NCBI GenBank assembly: GCA_964016885.1
Contig: OZ024743.1
Coordinates: 274,908,001-274,972,000, forward strand
Length of the DNA stretch: 64,000 nucleotides
Reading direction: 5' to 3'
Source of the DNA: Eledone cirrhosa
Taxonomy: Eukaryota
A program made the translations under genes and the position numbers. Position 1 is the first letter of the stretch. Each line of letters opens with the position of its first letter. Below the pieces are notes generated by a model. That model saw only the letters and a list, made by a program, of their open reading frames with translations. It made no database searches and was not told where the DNA came from. Below, one piece after another: positions 1 through 12,798 of this stretch.

Positions 1-655
1 TAGCAGAAAGTATGAAGTTGTATAGATTTTGAATGGTAGTAGAAAGAGTTCAGCAGTTTAAATGAGAGAGAAAAATCGTAAAATATTGAGTTTTATCTAT
101 TTTTTGCGTAATTGTGGGTGAAATTGAAAAAATTATCTGCGTCAAGACGCAATCGAAACTATTTCGAATACTGAATTGTAAATTTCAATTGAAGAAATTC
201 TATATCGTAGATTTCTATAACGAAGGAGCATGACCGCACACTGAGCTTTATAGATTATGATAAATAACATTTTCAAAAAATACATAAGTGGAAACAAAAC
301 AATGCAATCAAAATTTTGCGGGGAAATATCTTACCTTCTCCGATAAAAAATATTTTGCGAAATTTAGAGACTTTCAATAACAACCTTTGGTCTTTGACAC
401 TCACTCAATGTATACACATATATATACATATATATTGGAGTGCGTGTATATATGTGCATGTACATGTGTATATATAGATTTGTATATATGTATACATAAC
501 ATGTTTTCAACTTGTACAAAAATCCCTAGGGATCTAATTGACATTGTATATATATATATATTTATATTTATAAATGTGTGTATATACATATATACATCAC
601 CTTTACCACTAATTGGTACCGAACATTATTTGGTTAGTAGTTCGTGTGTGTGTAA

Positions 656-689
<34 letters not shown>

Positions 690-835
690 TTGTGTGTGTG
701 TCTATATATGTATGTTTGCATACATGAATGAATACACTAAGCTTTAGATTTAGTAGAATGTACAACCACTGATTCCAGCTATTTGCAATATCATATATTT
801 GGGTTTCTATTACTTTCCTGGGGAATTGGGTCACC

Positions 836-1011
836 AAATGCTTTGCTTGATTGTTTTATTTATTTCGTAAAAAAATGTTATTCTTTCTCTTAGACTTCAG
901 GTGTTTTTTGAAAGCAAAGCATTGGCTTCTAAAATACTACAGTGGGCCCTGCAATGCCACTTTGGGCTCCCTGGGGCCCCCTTGCCATTGGGCAACTTGG
1001 CCAGTCCGCCA

Positions 1012-1014
<3 letters not shown>
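836..1014. mobile_element. End of a non-autonomous hAT-like DNA transposon (copy 1)
   Basis: Ends in gtccgccactg (reverse complement CAGTGGCGGAC, a typical hAT-type terminus); near-duplicate of 1543-1740. Confidence 0.5.
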
Positions 1015-1052
<38 letters not shown>

Positions 1053-1059
<7 letters not shown>

Positions 1060-1530
1060 TGTTTATTAAAATAATCAAATTAAATTAATTCAACAGTTAA
1101 ACACTTATAGGAATAATAAGGTTGTTACCAAAGAGCCAGAAAATTGACAAGTCGACCTTAAATATGACTAATAACTTTAGGAAAGCCATGAACGACACCA
1201 CATATTTTTAACTTTGATTTTGAAAGTAGGTTTATAATTATTAATTTTCATTGGATTTTTGTAGCTGTCTCGGTGGTCTAGTTGAAGGATTCATAGACGG
1301 TGGTGGTCCTGGTTTGAAGTTTGATCCTGGTCAGGGTAGGGTTCCCGGTAAACCTTTTCAGTTTTTTTCAGATGTAAAATAAAAACTGAAAGATTACGCG
1401 TAGCTCTCGAGCAGGAAGACCAGGATCTCCACCAACTCTAGTACCTACTGCTAGTTCACTGCGACAGCTACGAAAATCTTAAGAAAATGCATACTTATAA
1501 ACCTACTTTCAAAATGTTCAATACAAAATG
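1053..1530. mobile_element. Fold-back (hairpin) element adjoining a (TA)n tract, copy 1
   Basis: ttttgaaagtaggtttataa (~1217) is inverted with ttataaacctactttcaaaa (~1495); second copy at 30912-31452. Confidence 0.6.
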
Positions 1531-1542
1531 ATGTGGTTAACT

Positions 1543-1740
1543 AAATGCTTTGCTTAATTGTTTTATTTATTTATTTTTTAATTTATTCTTTCTCTTAGAC
1601 TTCAGATATTTTTTGAAAGTTAAGCATTGGCCTCTAAAATACTACAGTAGGCCCTGCAATGCTACTGTGGGCACCTGTAATGCTACCGTGTGCCCCTTGG
1701 GGCCCACTTGCCATTGGGCAACTTGGCAAGTCCGCCACTG
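1543..1740. mobile_element. End of a non-autonomous hAT-like DNA transposon (copy 2)
   Basis: Direct repeat of 836-1014, again ending gtccgccactg. Confidence 0.5.
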
Positions 1741-1859
1741 TGTGTTTGTTAAGGAGTCCTTTTGTTAAGAACATAAACTCTTGCTGTAATTTAAGGTTCT
1801 TATCTTCTACTTCTCCGTCCATTTATTCCTGGGAGGGTCGTGGGTGCAGAGTCCTCAGA

Positions 1860-2030
1860 CACACCACTCATTGTATCCTATCTGAAGCAACCGTTTCCAA
1901 GCGAAACCAACTGAACCTATGGATGTTACCCAACCATCTTGCTCGTGGTCTACTTCTGAGATTCCTACCGGTTGGCTTTATCCGTAAAATCTGTTCTGCG
2001 ATTCTCACCTTAGTTATTCTCGCCACATGT
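1860..2030 (-). mobile_element. RTE-clade LINE 3' fragment
   Basis: ccatcttgctcgtggtctac...cctaccggttggctttatccgtaaaatctg is homologous to the RTE fragment at ~22285-22350 (KPTGR..GRPRARW region). Confidence 0.55.
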
Positions 2031-4619
2031 CCGCTACACACTTTTGTAACGGCGTTTCTTGGGCATTTTACGTCCGGCGGAACCGATCCCTCTCCAGGCC
2101 TGAGTACAGCAGTTTTCTTCCAGAAAAAGATAGAAAGTGAGAGAGAGGAAATGAGAAAAAGACATAGAGGAAAAATCGACTCCAGTACTAACTTTAGAAG
2201 AGACCCTCATGATACATCTAGCTTATTGTGTTTACGTTTGGTGAAATTCATGAATCAGAATGTTCCACTAAAACTTATTGTGTTCAAATGTATCAATGTG
2301 CTCGACATCAGAAATATCATATTATATGATATATTTTCAAACAGTATAGTTTAATATATGAAAGCATGTGACCTACTTGGCTCATGATCGAAAGACCGTG
2401 AATTCGATTACTGTACAGTGCGAGGTGTTGTGTCCTTGAGCAAGACAAATTCGGTTTCCATCAGTCAGTGAATCAATAGATGGAACAGGAATAATCCTAA
2501 TGTTCATTGACAAATGAGAATACTTTGTGCTTTTTCTTTTTTTAAGTTAGACATGGCCTGAGCCAACATTGGGTAGTCCGTTGTGTCTTTGAGCAAAACA
2601 CTTTATTTCACGTAGTTGGAAAAAATGAATTGTGACAACACTGGTGCTTGGCTATTGGCCTTTGCCTTTCCCATGGACAACATCGATGGCGTGGAAAGAA
2701 AAAATTGGCATGGTATTTATTGATCTTCAACAAAACACCTTCTTCAGGAATTTCTCGATGTAAAACCTTCGTCAGTCATGACCGAAGGAGACCTTGATAA
2801 TAGTTTGTATTCAGCATTGTGAAATGTATGGTTATGACTGCTTTGGGAAAGTTGGTACAATGCAAATTAAAAATACAAGAATTAAAACTAGGGTAAAGAG
2901 TAAAGTGATAATGACGATGATGATAATATATTTATTATCAATAAAATACATCCAGTCCACTGGATGCACCTAAGTTGATATATTTTATAGCTTTAAAAGC
3001 AAATATTACATACACTTCCTTTCAACAGCTTATATTCACTTTTCCACACCAACAAGGTTTGGTATAGTCACTGCCTCAAGTTAAGTAAGAAAAACAAAAC
3101 AAAACATGATATATCTAAAAACGAAGGAAAATGTGACTTTTTTCATTTAAAATTTTTACGGGCGTTTGTGGTGAGATGTAAACTGTAAACTGTTAAAGAC
3201 AACAGACTAACACCATCCAAGGAATTCAACACAGCTGAAATTCTCTCTTTCGCTTAAACATCTCTTTCTATCATTTCTCCATTTTACCCTCCTCTTCCCC
3301 TTCCTCCTCCTCCTCCTCCTTCTTCTTCTTCTTCTTCTTCTTCTTCTTCTTCTTCTTCTTCTTCTTCTCTCTCTCTTTCTCCTCCCCCTCTCTCTCTGTT
3401 TCTCTCTCTCTCTATCTCTGTTTCTCTCTCTCTATCTTGGTCTTTTTATTTCGCTTTCCCTCTTTCTCCCCCCTCCCCCCACACATACTCTATTTTCCAT
3501 TTAAATAGTTTATGAACATGCTTCGATTCACGTTTGAATGATGATGATGATAAAAAAGACCAATAAAATATAAACTTGATAGTATTTGAACCCAAACTGT
3601 AACGGTTCAGTACTTTATAATTTCATCTAACTCTCTACCCTGCTACATATGAACACGATTGGACTTCAAATTACGCCGTCATCAACTAATCTTCTTTTTC
3701 TTCTTCTTCTTCTTCTTCTTCTTCTTCTAGTTGTTGTTGTTCTTCTTCTTCTTCCCTCACTTTCTCCCATTCTCTCCCCCCTCCCACACCCACCCTCTAT
3801 ATTCCATTTACATCGTTGATGAACATGCTTCGATTCATGTTTGACCGACTTTAATAATAAATTTATTTTAAATTTTAAAAGGAATATAACCCCCCACCTT
3901 CACCTTCCACTAAAAAAACCCTCAACAATAACAAAAAAAGATGGGTTTTTTTTAAATATCGGTTTTCCTGAAACCTCCTCCCTTCTCAATATATTTTTGA
4001 AAATTCTAATTAAAACCAAAACTACAATAAAATAGTGTGAAAATATATTGGTCAAGTCGATTATTCTTTGACAGGTGTAAAAACATTGAGGAGAGAAGGT
4101 TATTGTTGTTATTGTTGTTGTTGTTGGTGGTGGTGGTGGTGGTGGTGGTGATGTTGTTGGTGTTGTTGTTGTTGTTGTTGCTGTTGTTGTTGCTGTTGTT
4201 GTTGCTGTTGTTGCTGTTGTTGTTGTTGCTGCTGCTGTTGTTGTTGTTGTTGTTGTTGCTGTTGTTGTTGTTGCTGTTGTTGTTGTTGCTGTCGTTGTTG
4301 CTGTTGTTGTTGTTGTTACTGCTGTTGTTGCTGTTGGTGGTGTTGTCGTTAGGATGAAAGTATTTGAAATTGAGGTAGAGCTGTGTTTGTATGTGTTGTG
4401 TTTGTCTGATAGGTTTGAGTGTGTTTGAGTACTTTTGTGAAGGTTGCGATTTCTGTGTAATAGAAATGTGTGTTTTTTTGTAGTAAAATTGTGATAATGA
4501 TATGCTATATATATGCGAATATATGTGTATATATGTGTTTATATATGTGTATATGTGTGTTTATATATGTGTATATGTGTGTCATGCGTTTAAAGAGTAG
4601 TGATGGGGGTAATGATGTT

Positions 4620-5255
4620 ATTTAGTCTAAGCTCAGCCCTGCCTGAGCAGACTTTCGTTCAAAGACTACCCAAATCCTCTTTTACCTTTATATGTGGTGG
4701 ACCTCCGTTGGTTACGACGACGAGTGCTCTAACTGATGCTATCAATAGAACAGCCTGCTCACGAAATACAGACACATGTACATAGCTCCATCTTCATAAT
4801 TCAACATGTAGTTCTCAGGGAGATGCCTTTGAGTTACAGGCAGGGTATGGCAAGCATGGCTCGTACCATGGGCGACACTTGAAGCGGCGCGCCACTTGAA
4901 CTAGGAGCACTTTCTATTAGAGTCAGATATGCTACCATCGGAGAGTGAGATGTATGATCTGTCTCTGGTTATCACGGGTGAGAAGCACTATGGTGGCTGG
5001 TGGCTGGATCACTAAACTATTTATATAAATTATTAGGTCCATAGTTAAAAATACAGTACTTAGCAGGGGCACAATTTCACTACTTGCCATAGGCGCTAGT
5101 TACACCGCTAGTTACAGGTACAACTGAATTTTGCCAGCTTAATGGACTGGAGCAATGTGAAATAAAGTGCCTTGGTCAAAAACACAGCCGGTAATCGAAC
5201 TCACGAGCTTACGATCTTGAGTCGAACACACTAAGCACGAAGCCACGCGCCTTCT
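4620..5255 (-). mobile_element. tRNA-derived SINE (family B), interrupted by an insertion at 4841-5110
   Basis: Shares ggttacgacg...cagcctgctc...gtagttctcagggagat...gccagct...ggactggagcaa..tgaaataaagtg...atcgaactc with copies at 11325-11835 and 42995-43282. Confidence 0.6.
4841..5110. mobile_element. ~270-bp hAT-like MITE with 8-bp target site duplication
   Basis: gttacagg at 4833-4840 and 5111-5118 flanks the insert; removing it restores the host SINE; tatggcaag/cttgccata subterminal inverted motif. Confidence 0.55.
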
Positions 5256-5679
5256 ACGTGTGAGAAACAGAGGACCACATTATGCAATGTGCCATTTTCT
5301 AAGGAGGTGAAGTATGATTTGAGGGAGATTTGGTTGCTATTACTAATAGATTGAGCCACCATGTCGAGGTTCCCTGGTAACAATTGGTTGATGATAAAGA
5401 TATGGTGATGATGTGAATGGTGAGTAGTGCAAGGGTTAAGATAGTGAAGGGGTAGTAATGAAGTGGGGATGAAGTGGTGATAGAGTGGTGAGGAGGTAGT
5501 GATGTAGTATTAATAGGGTGGTGAGGGAGTAGTCATGGTGTGGTGATGAAGTGGCGATATATTGGTGATGGGGTAGTAATGGAGTGGTGATAGAATGGGG
5601 ATAGAATGGTGATAGAGTGGTGAAGGAGAGGTGAATGTGGTAATAATTATTGTGTGAAGGAGTGGGAATGGGGGTAATA

Positions 5680-5970
5680 ATTCTTTCTACTTTTAGCACA
5701 AGGCCAGCAATTACTCAGTACATTACTGGTACTTTATTTTATCGACACCGTAAGGATGAAAGGCAAAGTTAACCTCGGCGGGATTTGAACTCAGATCGTA
5801 AAGGGACGTAACTATGCTGGAAAGCATGTCCAACCCTTTACCGATACTGGCAATTCAAATAATTGTTTCTACTTTTAGCACAAGGCCAGCAATTCACCAG
5901 TGCATTACTGGTACTTTATTTTATCGACCCCGTAAGGATGAAAGGCAAAGTTAACCTCGGCGGGATTTGA
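5680..5970 (-). mobile_element. Two tandem tRNA-derived SINE copies (family A)
   Basis: gcacaaggccagcaatt...ggtactttattttatcgac.ccgtaaggatgaaaggcaaagttaacctcggcgggatttgaa occurs twice. Confidence 0.8.
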
Positions 5971-5974
5971 ATAA

Positions 5975-7015
5975 TGAAGTGGTGATAGAGTGCTGGTAGA
6001 GTGGTAATGGAGTGATGAGGGAGTGGTGATGGCGTGGTGATAGAGTGGTGATGGAGTGTGATAGAATGGTAATGGAGTGGTGATGGAGTGGTGATAGAAT
6101 GCTGCTGAAGTGGTGATGAGGTGGTGGTGGGTGGTGATAGAGTAGAGTTGTGATAGAGTAGAGATGAGGATGGTGATGGAGAAGTGTTGGAGTGGTGACG
6201 GAGTGGTAATGGTGATGATGTTCGGGATGCAGATGGGGGTGGGGGTTGATGGAGTGGTGGTAGGGGGATAATAGAAAGGTTAGGGTATAGAAATAGATGG
6301 GGGATGGGTAGGTGATAGGGTCGTGGTTGTGATAGGAGTATTGATGAGGTGGTGATGGAGGGGTGATGGTGATGGGTTGGGGATAGGAGTGTAGTTACTG
6401 TGGTTGTGATGGTGGAGGTGGAGGTGGTGGAGTGGTGATGGTGAATGGGTTGCGGATGGGAGTGTAGTTGTTGTGGTGGTGGAGTGGTGATGGTGGAGGT
6501 GGAGGTGGTGGAGTGGTGATGGTGAATGGGTTGTGATGGGAGTGTAGTTGTCGTGGTGGTGGAGTGGTGATGGTGGAGGTGGAGATGGTGGAGTGGTGAT
6601 GGTGGAGGTGGAGATGGTGGAGTGGTGATGGTGGAGGTGGAGGTGGTGGAGTGGTGATGGTGATGGGTTGGGGATGGGAGTGTAGTTGTTGTGGTGGTAG
6701 AGTGGTGATGGTGGAGGTGGAGATGGTGGAGTGGTGATGGTGGAGGTGGAGATGGTGGAGTGGTGATGGTGGAGGTGGAGGTGGTGGAGTGGTGATGGTG
6801 ATGGGTTGGGGATGGGAGTGTAGTTGTTGTGGTGGTAGAGTGGTGATGGTGGAGGTGGAGATGGTGGAGTGGTGATGGTGGAGGTGGTGGAGTGGTGATG
6901 GTGATGGGTTGGGGATGGGAGTGTAGTTGTTGTGGTGGTGGAGTGGTGATGGTGGAGGTGGAGGTGGTGGAGTGGTGATGGTGGAGGTGGAGATGGTGGA
7001 GTGGTGATGGTGATT
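5975..7015. repeat. GGT/GGA-rich minisatellite (ggagtggtgatggtggaggt units with a longer higher-order unit)
   Basis: Visible tandem periodicity; gggatgggagtgtagttgttgt recurs about every 120-140 bp. Confidence 0.85.
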
Positions 7016-7309
7016 ACGATGGGGTGGGAGGTTAAAGGAGTTATGGCAATGTAAGGTGTTAGAAAGATGGTGGAGTGATGATGGAGTGTTGATTTGTGTA
7101 TGTGTGAGCTGATTGAGTGCGTTTGTCTCTGTATAATAGTATGTGTTTGTATGTGTTTGTGTCTGTGTGTATGTGTGTCTGTATTCTGTCTGTGTGAGTG
7201 TGCCTGTGTGTGTGTCTGTGTCTGTGAGTGTCTCTTTTATGTGCGTGTGTGAGTGTCGGTGTCTGTGTCTCTGTGTGTATGTGTACGTATGTGTCTGTCT
7301 CTCCGTCTG

Positions 7310-7392
7310 TGTGTCTCTGTCTCTCTCTTCTCTCTCTCCCTCTCGTTCTCTCTCTATCTATGTCTCCCTCTCTCTCTCCTCTCTATCTCTCT

Positions 7393-7426
<34 letters not shown>

Positions 7427-7460
7427 TCTCTCTATCTTTTTTCGCTCTCTATTTCTTTCT

Positions 7461-7512
<52 letters not shown>

Positions 7513-7535
7513 CTCTCTATATTTTTCTCTCTCTC

Positions 7536-7583
<48 letters not shown>
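7310..7583. repeat. (CT)n microsatellite
   Basis: Direct reading. Confidence 0.9.
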
Positions 7584-7588
<5 letters not shown>

Positions 7589-7729
7589 ATACACATGTGT
7601 GTCTCCCTCTGTTGAACTAATGAAGAAGATGCTGTGTATGTTTAATGAACGCCCTCACATATATTCCTTTAATGTTGGATCAAGAAATTTCTAGCGAGCC
7701 TCTATAATTATAGTTTATACCTGTTATAT

Positions 7730-8140
7730 GTGTGTATATATGTGTGTATGTGTGAGTGTGTGTTTGAGTGTTTTATAGATGTGTGTAAGTGTATGTATGT
7801 ATGGTGAGAGAGGCACTTTATGTGTATATATGTGTGAGTGTGTGTTTATGTGTTTTATAGATGCGTGTAAGGGTATGTATGTATGGTGAGAGAGGCACTT
7901 TATGTGTATATATGTGTGTATGTGTGAGTGTGTGTTTGAGTGTTTTATAGATGTGTGTAAGTGTATGTATGTATGGTGAGAGAGGCACTTTATGTGTATA
8001 TATGTGTGTATGTGTGAGTGTGTGTTTGAGTGTTTTATAGATGTGTGTAAGTGTATGTATGTATGGTGAGAGAGGCACTTTATGTGTATATATGTGTGAG
8101 TGTGTGTTTATGTGTTTTATAGATGCGTGTAAGTGTGTGT
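7730..8140. repeat. ~80-90-bp tandem repeat, ~4.5 copies
   Basis: gtatggtgagagaggcactttatgtgtata recurs at ~7800, 7881, 7971 and 8061. Confidence 0.85.
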
Positions 8141-8844
8141 ATGTAAGGGTGAGAGTGACACTCTGTGTGTGTGTATGTGTGTGGGAGCATGGGTGGGTGT
8201 GGGTGCGTGGGGGGGGGGGGGGGGTCATGTGGAGAGTGTGTGTGGTGTGAGATGCCGTGTTGTTTTATAGGTACACGTTTTATTTGTGTGTGTCAGAGGG
8301 TGTGTTTGCATGTTTTATAGCTGTGTGTAAGGGTATGTATGTGTGTGTGTGTGTGCGTGTGTGTTAACGTGTATCTGCATGACTATCTGTGTGTGTTTAT
8401 GTGTTAGGGTCTGTATTTGTGTGTGTACTTGTTATGTGTATATGTGCTTGTATGGTATAGTTGTATGCGTCTATGTATGTATATATCCATGCATACATTA
8501 TGTATGTATGTATGCATGTATGTATGCATACATGCATGTATTTATGTATGCAGTGCCTCTTATTTCTGTGTGACACAGAGTACACGGGAATGTCAGCTGC
8601 CATGTTATTTTGGAAGTACAAGTATTTCTCTATGAGCGTCATTGTGTGTATGTATATGTTTATGATACGTTGTGTATGTGTCAACTGCCATGTTTCACAA
8701 TTGTCCAATCAACGGAGCAACCTGCTCGTGAAATTAACGTGTAAGTGGTTATTAGACACATGTAGTACATTTAACGTAATTCTCAGGAAGATTCAGCATA
8801 ACAGTGCGCGGCAAGGTTTCTTTATTATTATTATGGTGTCAAAT

Positions 8845-9030
8845 GGCGGTGGATTGGCAGTATCGGTAGAGGGTCGGACGCCATGCTTTGACGTATAGAG
8901 TTACGGCCCTTGCCATTCTGAGTTCAAATCCCGCTGAGATTAACTTTGCCTTTCATCCTTACGGGGTCGATAAAATAAAGTACCAGTAATGCACTGGGTA
9001 ATAGCTGGCCTTGTGCCTAAAGTAGAAATA
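8845..9030 (+). mobile_element. Full-length tRNA-derived SINE (family A) with 18-bp TSD
   Basis: Pol III A box tggcagtatcgg and B box gagttcaaatcc; attattatggtgtcaaat duplicated at 8827-8844 and 9031-9048. Confidence 0.85.
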
Positions 9031-9049
9031 ATTATTATGGTGTCAAATT

Positions 9050-9200
9050 ATGTTCTGAGTTCAAATCCCGCCGAGGTTAGCTTTGCTTTTCATCTTTACG
9101 GGGTCGATAAAATATAGTACCAGTAATGCATTGGGGAAGATTTAATCAACTTTCCCTTTCCCCAAAATATTGTTGGCCTTGTGCCTAAATCAGAAACCAT
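9050..9200 (+). mobile_element. SINE family A, 5'-truncated
   Basis: B box gagttcaaatcccgccgagg plus the 3' body. Confidence 0.75.
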
Positions 9201-9519
9201 TATTTGCGTGAATGTGCTTCAGTGTGAAAGTGTTAATGTGTGTGAGGAAGTGTTACTGTGCATGTGGAAGTGTTAGTGTGTGTGTGTGTAGAAGTGTTAG
9301 TGTGTATGTGGAAGTGTTAGTGTGTGTGAGGAAGTGTTTGTGTATGTGAAAGTGTTAATGTGTGTGTGAAAGTGTTAATGTGTGTGTGAAAGTGTTAGTG
9401 TGTATGTGAAAGTGTTAGTGTGTGTGTGAGAGGTACTCAGCTGTGTTAGTTGTGTTAGTTATGGTCAGCGTGGAGGTGGTGATGGGGGTATCCTCCTGTT
9501 GCTGTTGTGCTGTTACTGT

Positions 9520-9973
9520 GTTAGTTGTGATGGTGTAGGGATGATGGTGATGATGGTGATGTTAGTTGTGACGGTATTTGTGGAGATGGTCACCGTTGTT
9601 GATGATGTTGTTGTTGTTGTTGTTGTTGATGATGTTGTTTTTGGTGGTGGTGGTGGTGGTGGTGGTGGTGGTAGTGGTAGTGATGCTGGTAGTGTTAGTG
9701 CTGGTGCTGGGGGTGATGTATTTGTTATTGTTGCTGTTGTCGTTGTTGTTGTTGTTGGTGGTGGTGGTGGTAGTGGTGGTGGTTGTGGTGGTAGTAGTGG
9801 TGGTGGTGGTGGAGGTGGTGGTAATGGTAGTGATGCTGGTAGTGCTGGTTCTGGTGGTGATGGTATTTGTGAAGACGGTCACCGTTGTGTTGTTGTTACT
9901 GTTATTGTCGTTGTTGTTGTTGGTGGTGGTGGTGGTGGTGGTGTTAGTGGTGGTGGTGGTGGTGGTGGTGGTG

Positions 9974-10005
<32 letters not shown>

Positions 10006-10367
10006 GGTGGTGTTGATGTGTTGTGTGCTAATTAGATTTGGTGAAAGAGACTGCCTGAACTGGGAGAAAGAATGTCCGTTGATTGAGTATTAAAGTTCAA
10101 AGGAAACGGGAGATAAATCTTAATTATCTCCTGTGAATGTGTTGATTAAAAAAATGTTTTACATTATTACGCCTTACCTGCAACCTAGCAACAAGTAATC
10201 AGAGCTTAGTCATGTTTCTCACCCCCCACTACTCTACATCACCAGTTACATATTTATACTGTTGCATGTGACCATACTATGATGATGGTGAAGATGTTGG
10301 TGATGACGATGGTGGTGGTAGTGGCAATGGAGGTGCTGGTGATAGTAATAATGATGATGATGATGAA

Positions 10368-10439
<72 letters not shown>

Positions 10440-10658
10440 GATGATGATGATGCTGTTGTAATGATGATAGTGACGATAATGGTGATGGTGATGGTGGTGG
10501 TAGTGGCAATGAAGGTGCTGGTGATAGTGATGATGATGATGATGATAGTCACGATAATAGTGATGATGATGATGATGATACTGTTGTAATGATGATGGTG
10601 ATGAGGATAATGGTGATGATGCTGGTGCTGGTGCTGGTAGCGGTGCTGGTGGTTGTGC

Positions 10659-10689
<31 letters not shown>

Positions 10690-11100
10690 GGTTGTGATGG
10701 TGGTGGTGGTGCTGTTGGTGGCGGTGCTGATGGTTGTGCTGGTGGTGGTGGTGGTGGCGGTGCTGGTAGTTGCGCTGGTAGTGGTGGTGGTGTGGGTGGC
10801 GGTGCTGGTGGTTGTGCTGGTGGTGGTGGTGCTGTTGGTGGCGGTGGTGGTGGTGCTGTTGGTGGCGGTGCTGGTAGTTGCGCTGGTAGTGGTGTTGGTG
10901 GCGGTGCTGGTGGTTGTGCTGGTGGTGGTGTTGGTGGCGGTGCTGGTAGTTGCGCAAGCCGTAGTTTCGGTCATTGTCGTCGTGATGATGATGAGGAGGA
11001 GTAGGCGGAGGAGAATGACGACTACAAGAATGGTTATGGTAATGGTGGTGGAGGCTGTGATGTTCGTGGTGGTGGTGGTGGTGGTGGTGCTCCTGCTGCT
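9520..11100. repeat. Compound (GGT/GTT/GAT)n trinucleotide tracts
   Basis: Direct reading; these give the poly-V/G/M/H pseudo-ORFs. Confidence 0.85.
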
Positions 11101-11324
11101 GCTTTTCGTTGTCATGTTTTCCCCCCACTCCCCTCTTCATCAACACACTATTTTCAGCGTTACATATGGACAGAATCCTTTAATCTGTGTTGTTGAACCC
11201 CCTCTTCCCGGCCCCTAAGCCAGCCAACCCAGACACAATATTGCATAGATTTGACTCAAAATCTGACAAAGGTAAACACGTGGATGTTGGTGGTGATAAC
11301 AGAGTGTGAAAAAGTGTGAGAAGT

Positions 11325-11835
11325 GTTGGGCCTTCGTCGCTTCCGACGACGAGTGTCCAAGTTGATACGATCAACGAAACATCCTACTCGGGAAATCAAC
11401 GTACAAGTGGCTGAGCATTTCACAAACACGAGTATCCTTAATGTATTTCTCAGGGAGATTTGAGGAGACACAATCTGTGACAATGCTGGTCGAGTTGTTC
11501 GAACAACGAAACAGACGGCTTGTGTAAATGTGCAAGTGGCTGAGCATTCCACATACACGTGCACCCTTCATGTAGTTCTCGGGGAGATTCGAAGTGATAC
11601 ACTATGACAAGGCTGTTCCGGTTGTTCGAACAACCGTATAGCCTGCTTGTGGAATTCACATGTAAGTATCTGAACATTCCACATATACACAATTCTCGGG
11701 GAGATTCAACGGGATACCATAATGTAGTATGGCAATCTTGGCACTTTGAATTACAGGTATAACTCATTTTTGTTTTTGTTTTTTCTAGCTGACTGGACTG
11801 GAGCAACGAGAGATGAAGTGTCTTGCTCAAGGGTA
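11325..11835 (-). mobile_element. SINE family B with internal segment triplicated
   Basis: aagtggctgagcatt..aca.a.acg...tctc.gggagatt repeated at ~11400, 11530 and 11660, followed by the tactggagcaacg...aagtgtcttgctcaa-type body. Confidence 0.6.
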
Positions 11836-12107
11836 ACAGAGCAAAGGTAAGGAAGATATCGATGTTATGAGTGATAAAGTAAAGTTTCAATGGCTTGGCC
11901 GTACTCAGAGTATCGCTGTGTATTATCTATGTTAAGCTACAATACTGGGAAGAAGAAAAAACAGGGAGAAAGGGAGAAATATGAGAGGGAGGAGGAGATA
12001 GGGGAGGGGAGTGTGTATGTAAGAAAGAAAGAGACTGCGTGTTTGTGCCTCAAAGTGTATGTATGAGTATGAAAGAGAGAAAAGAGAAAGAGAGAGTGTG
12101 TGTGTGT

Positions 12108-12169
<62 letters not shown>

Positions 12170-12329
12170 CATTTTACTCACGTATGTCATTTCTACGTGG
12201 ACGTTTGGTTCTTGACATTTGAAATTATTTTTGTGTGGCGAGGAGGTGGAAACATTTAGATTGACAGGAAGAAGACACTAGGAAAGAAATTGATAATCTC
12301 ATAAACCATTGGGTCACAAGGTCATCATC

Positions 12330-12585
12330 ACAGTGCTCTTTACTCCCGGGAGCTTACTGAATTCATGCCCCTTCAACTCAGGCTCTTCTGAACTTCTGAC
12401 CCACTCATCTCTCCTCTTCCTATCACCCGAGTCGCGTCCATTCTCCATGCCACACACTGGCTATTATGTCCAGTCCTTCCTACCCATAACGTCACCCCTC
12501 TGGAACTCCCTCCCTGCTATGGCCTTCCCAAAGGGGTAAACCTGCGACAATTTAAACAGAACATCAACGACATCAATCTCTTCAG
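12330..12585 (+). mobile_element. CR1/L2-like LINE ORF2 C-terminal fragment
   Basis: Translates YYVQSFLPITSPLWNSLP...NLRQFKQNI, matching the SF.P.....WN.LP...FK C-terminal motif of CR1/L2/Jockey-group RTs. Confidence 0.6.
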
Positions 12586-12617
12586 TCACGGAGGGATGTG
12601 AAGGAAAGCCATAGGTA

Positions 12618-12798
12618 GAGACCTGTTAACTCTCCCTGTCCGACGGGTGAGATCTGCCACCCACTTTGGGGTGGGTGGAAGATGTCTTCTCTTGTGAAAA
12701 TGGGTATAACTTTCATTTTGTAAAATCTCCCCATTTTGCCTCATTTCTCCCCGTTTTGGGGCACTATTTTTCATGGTTTTTAGAGGTTGGCAGGTCTG
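12618..12798. mobile_element. Possible small DNA-transposon MITE
   Basis: agacctgttaact at the left versus ggttggcaggtctg at the right (imperfect TIR). Confidence 0.3.

Noticed and set aside
4061-4102. Micro-exon after ttctttgacag
   Set aside because: Acceptor-like only; weak donor and no supporting coding signal.
8845-8935. tRNA gene (A and B boxes)
   Set aside because: No cloverleaf; it is the head of a multi-copy SINE with a TSD.
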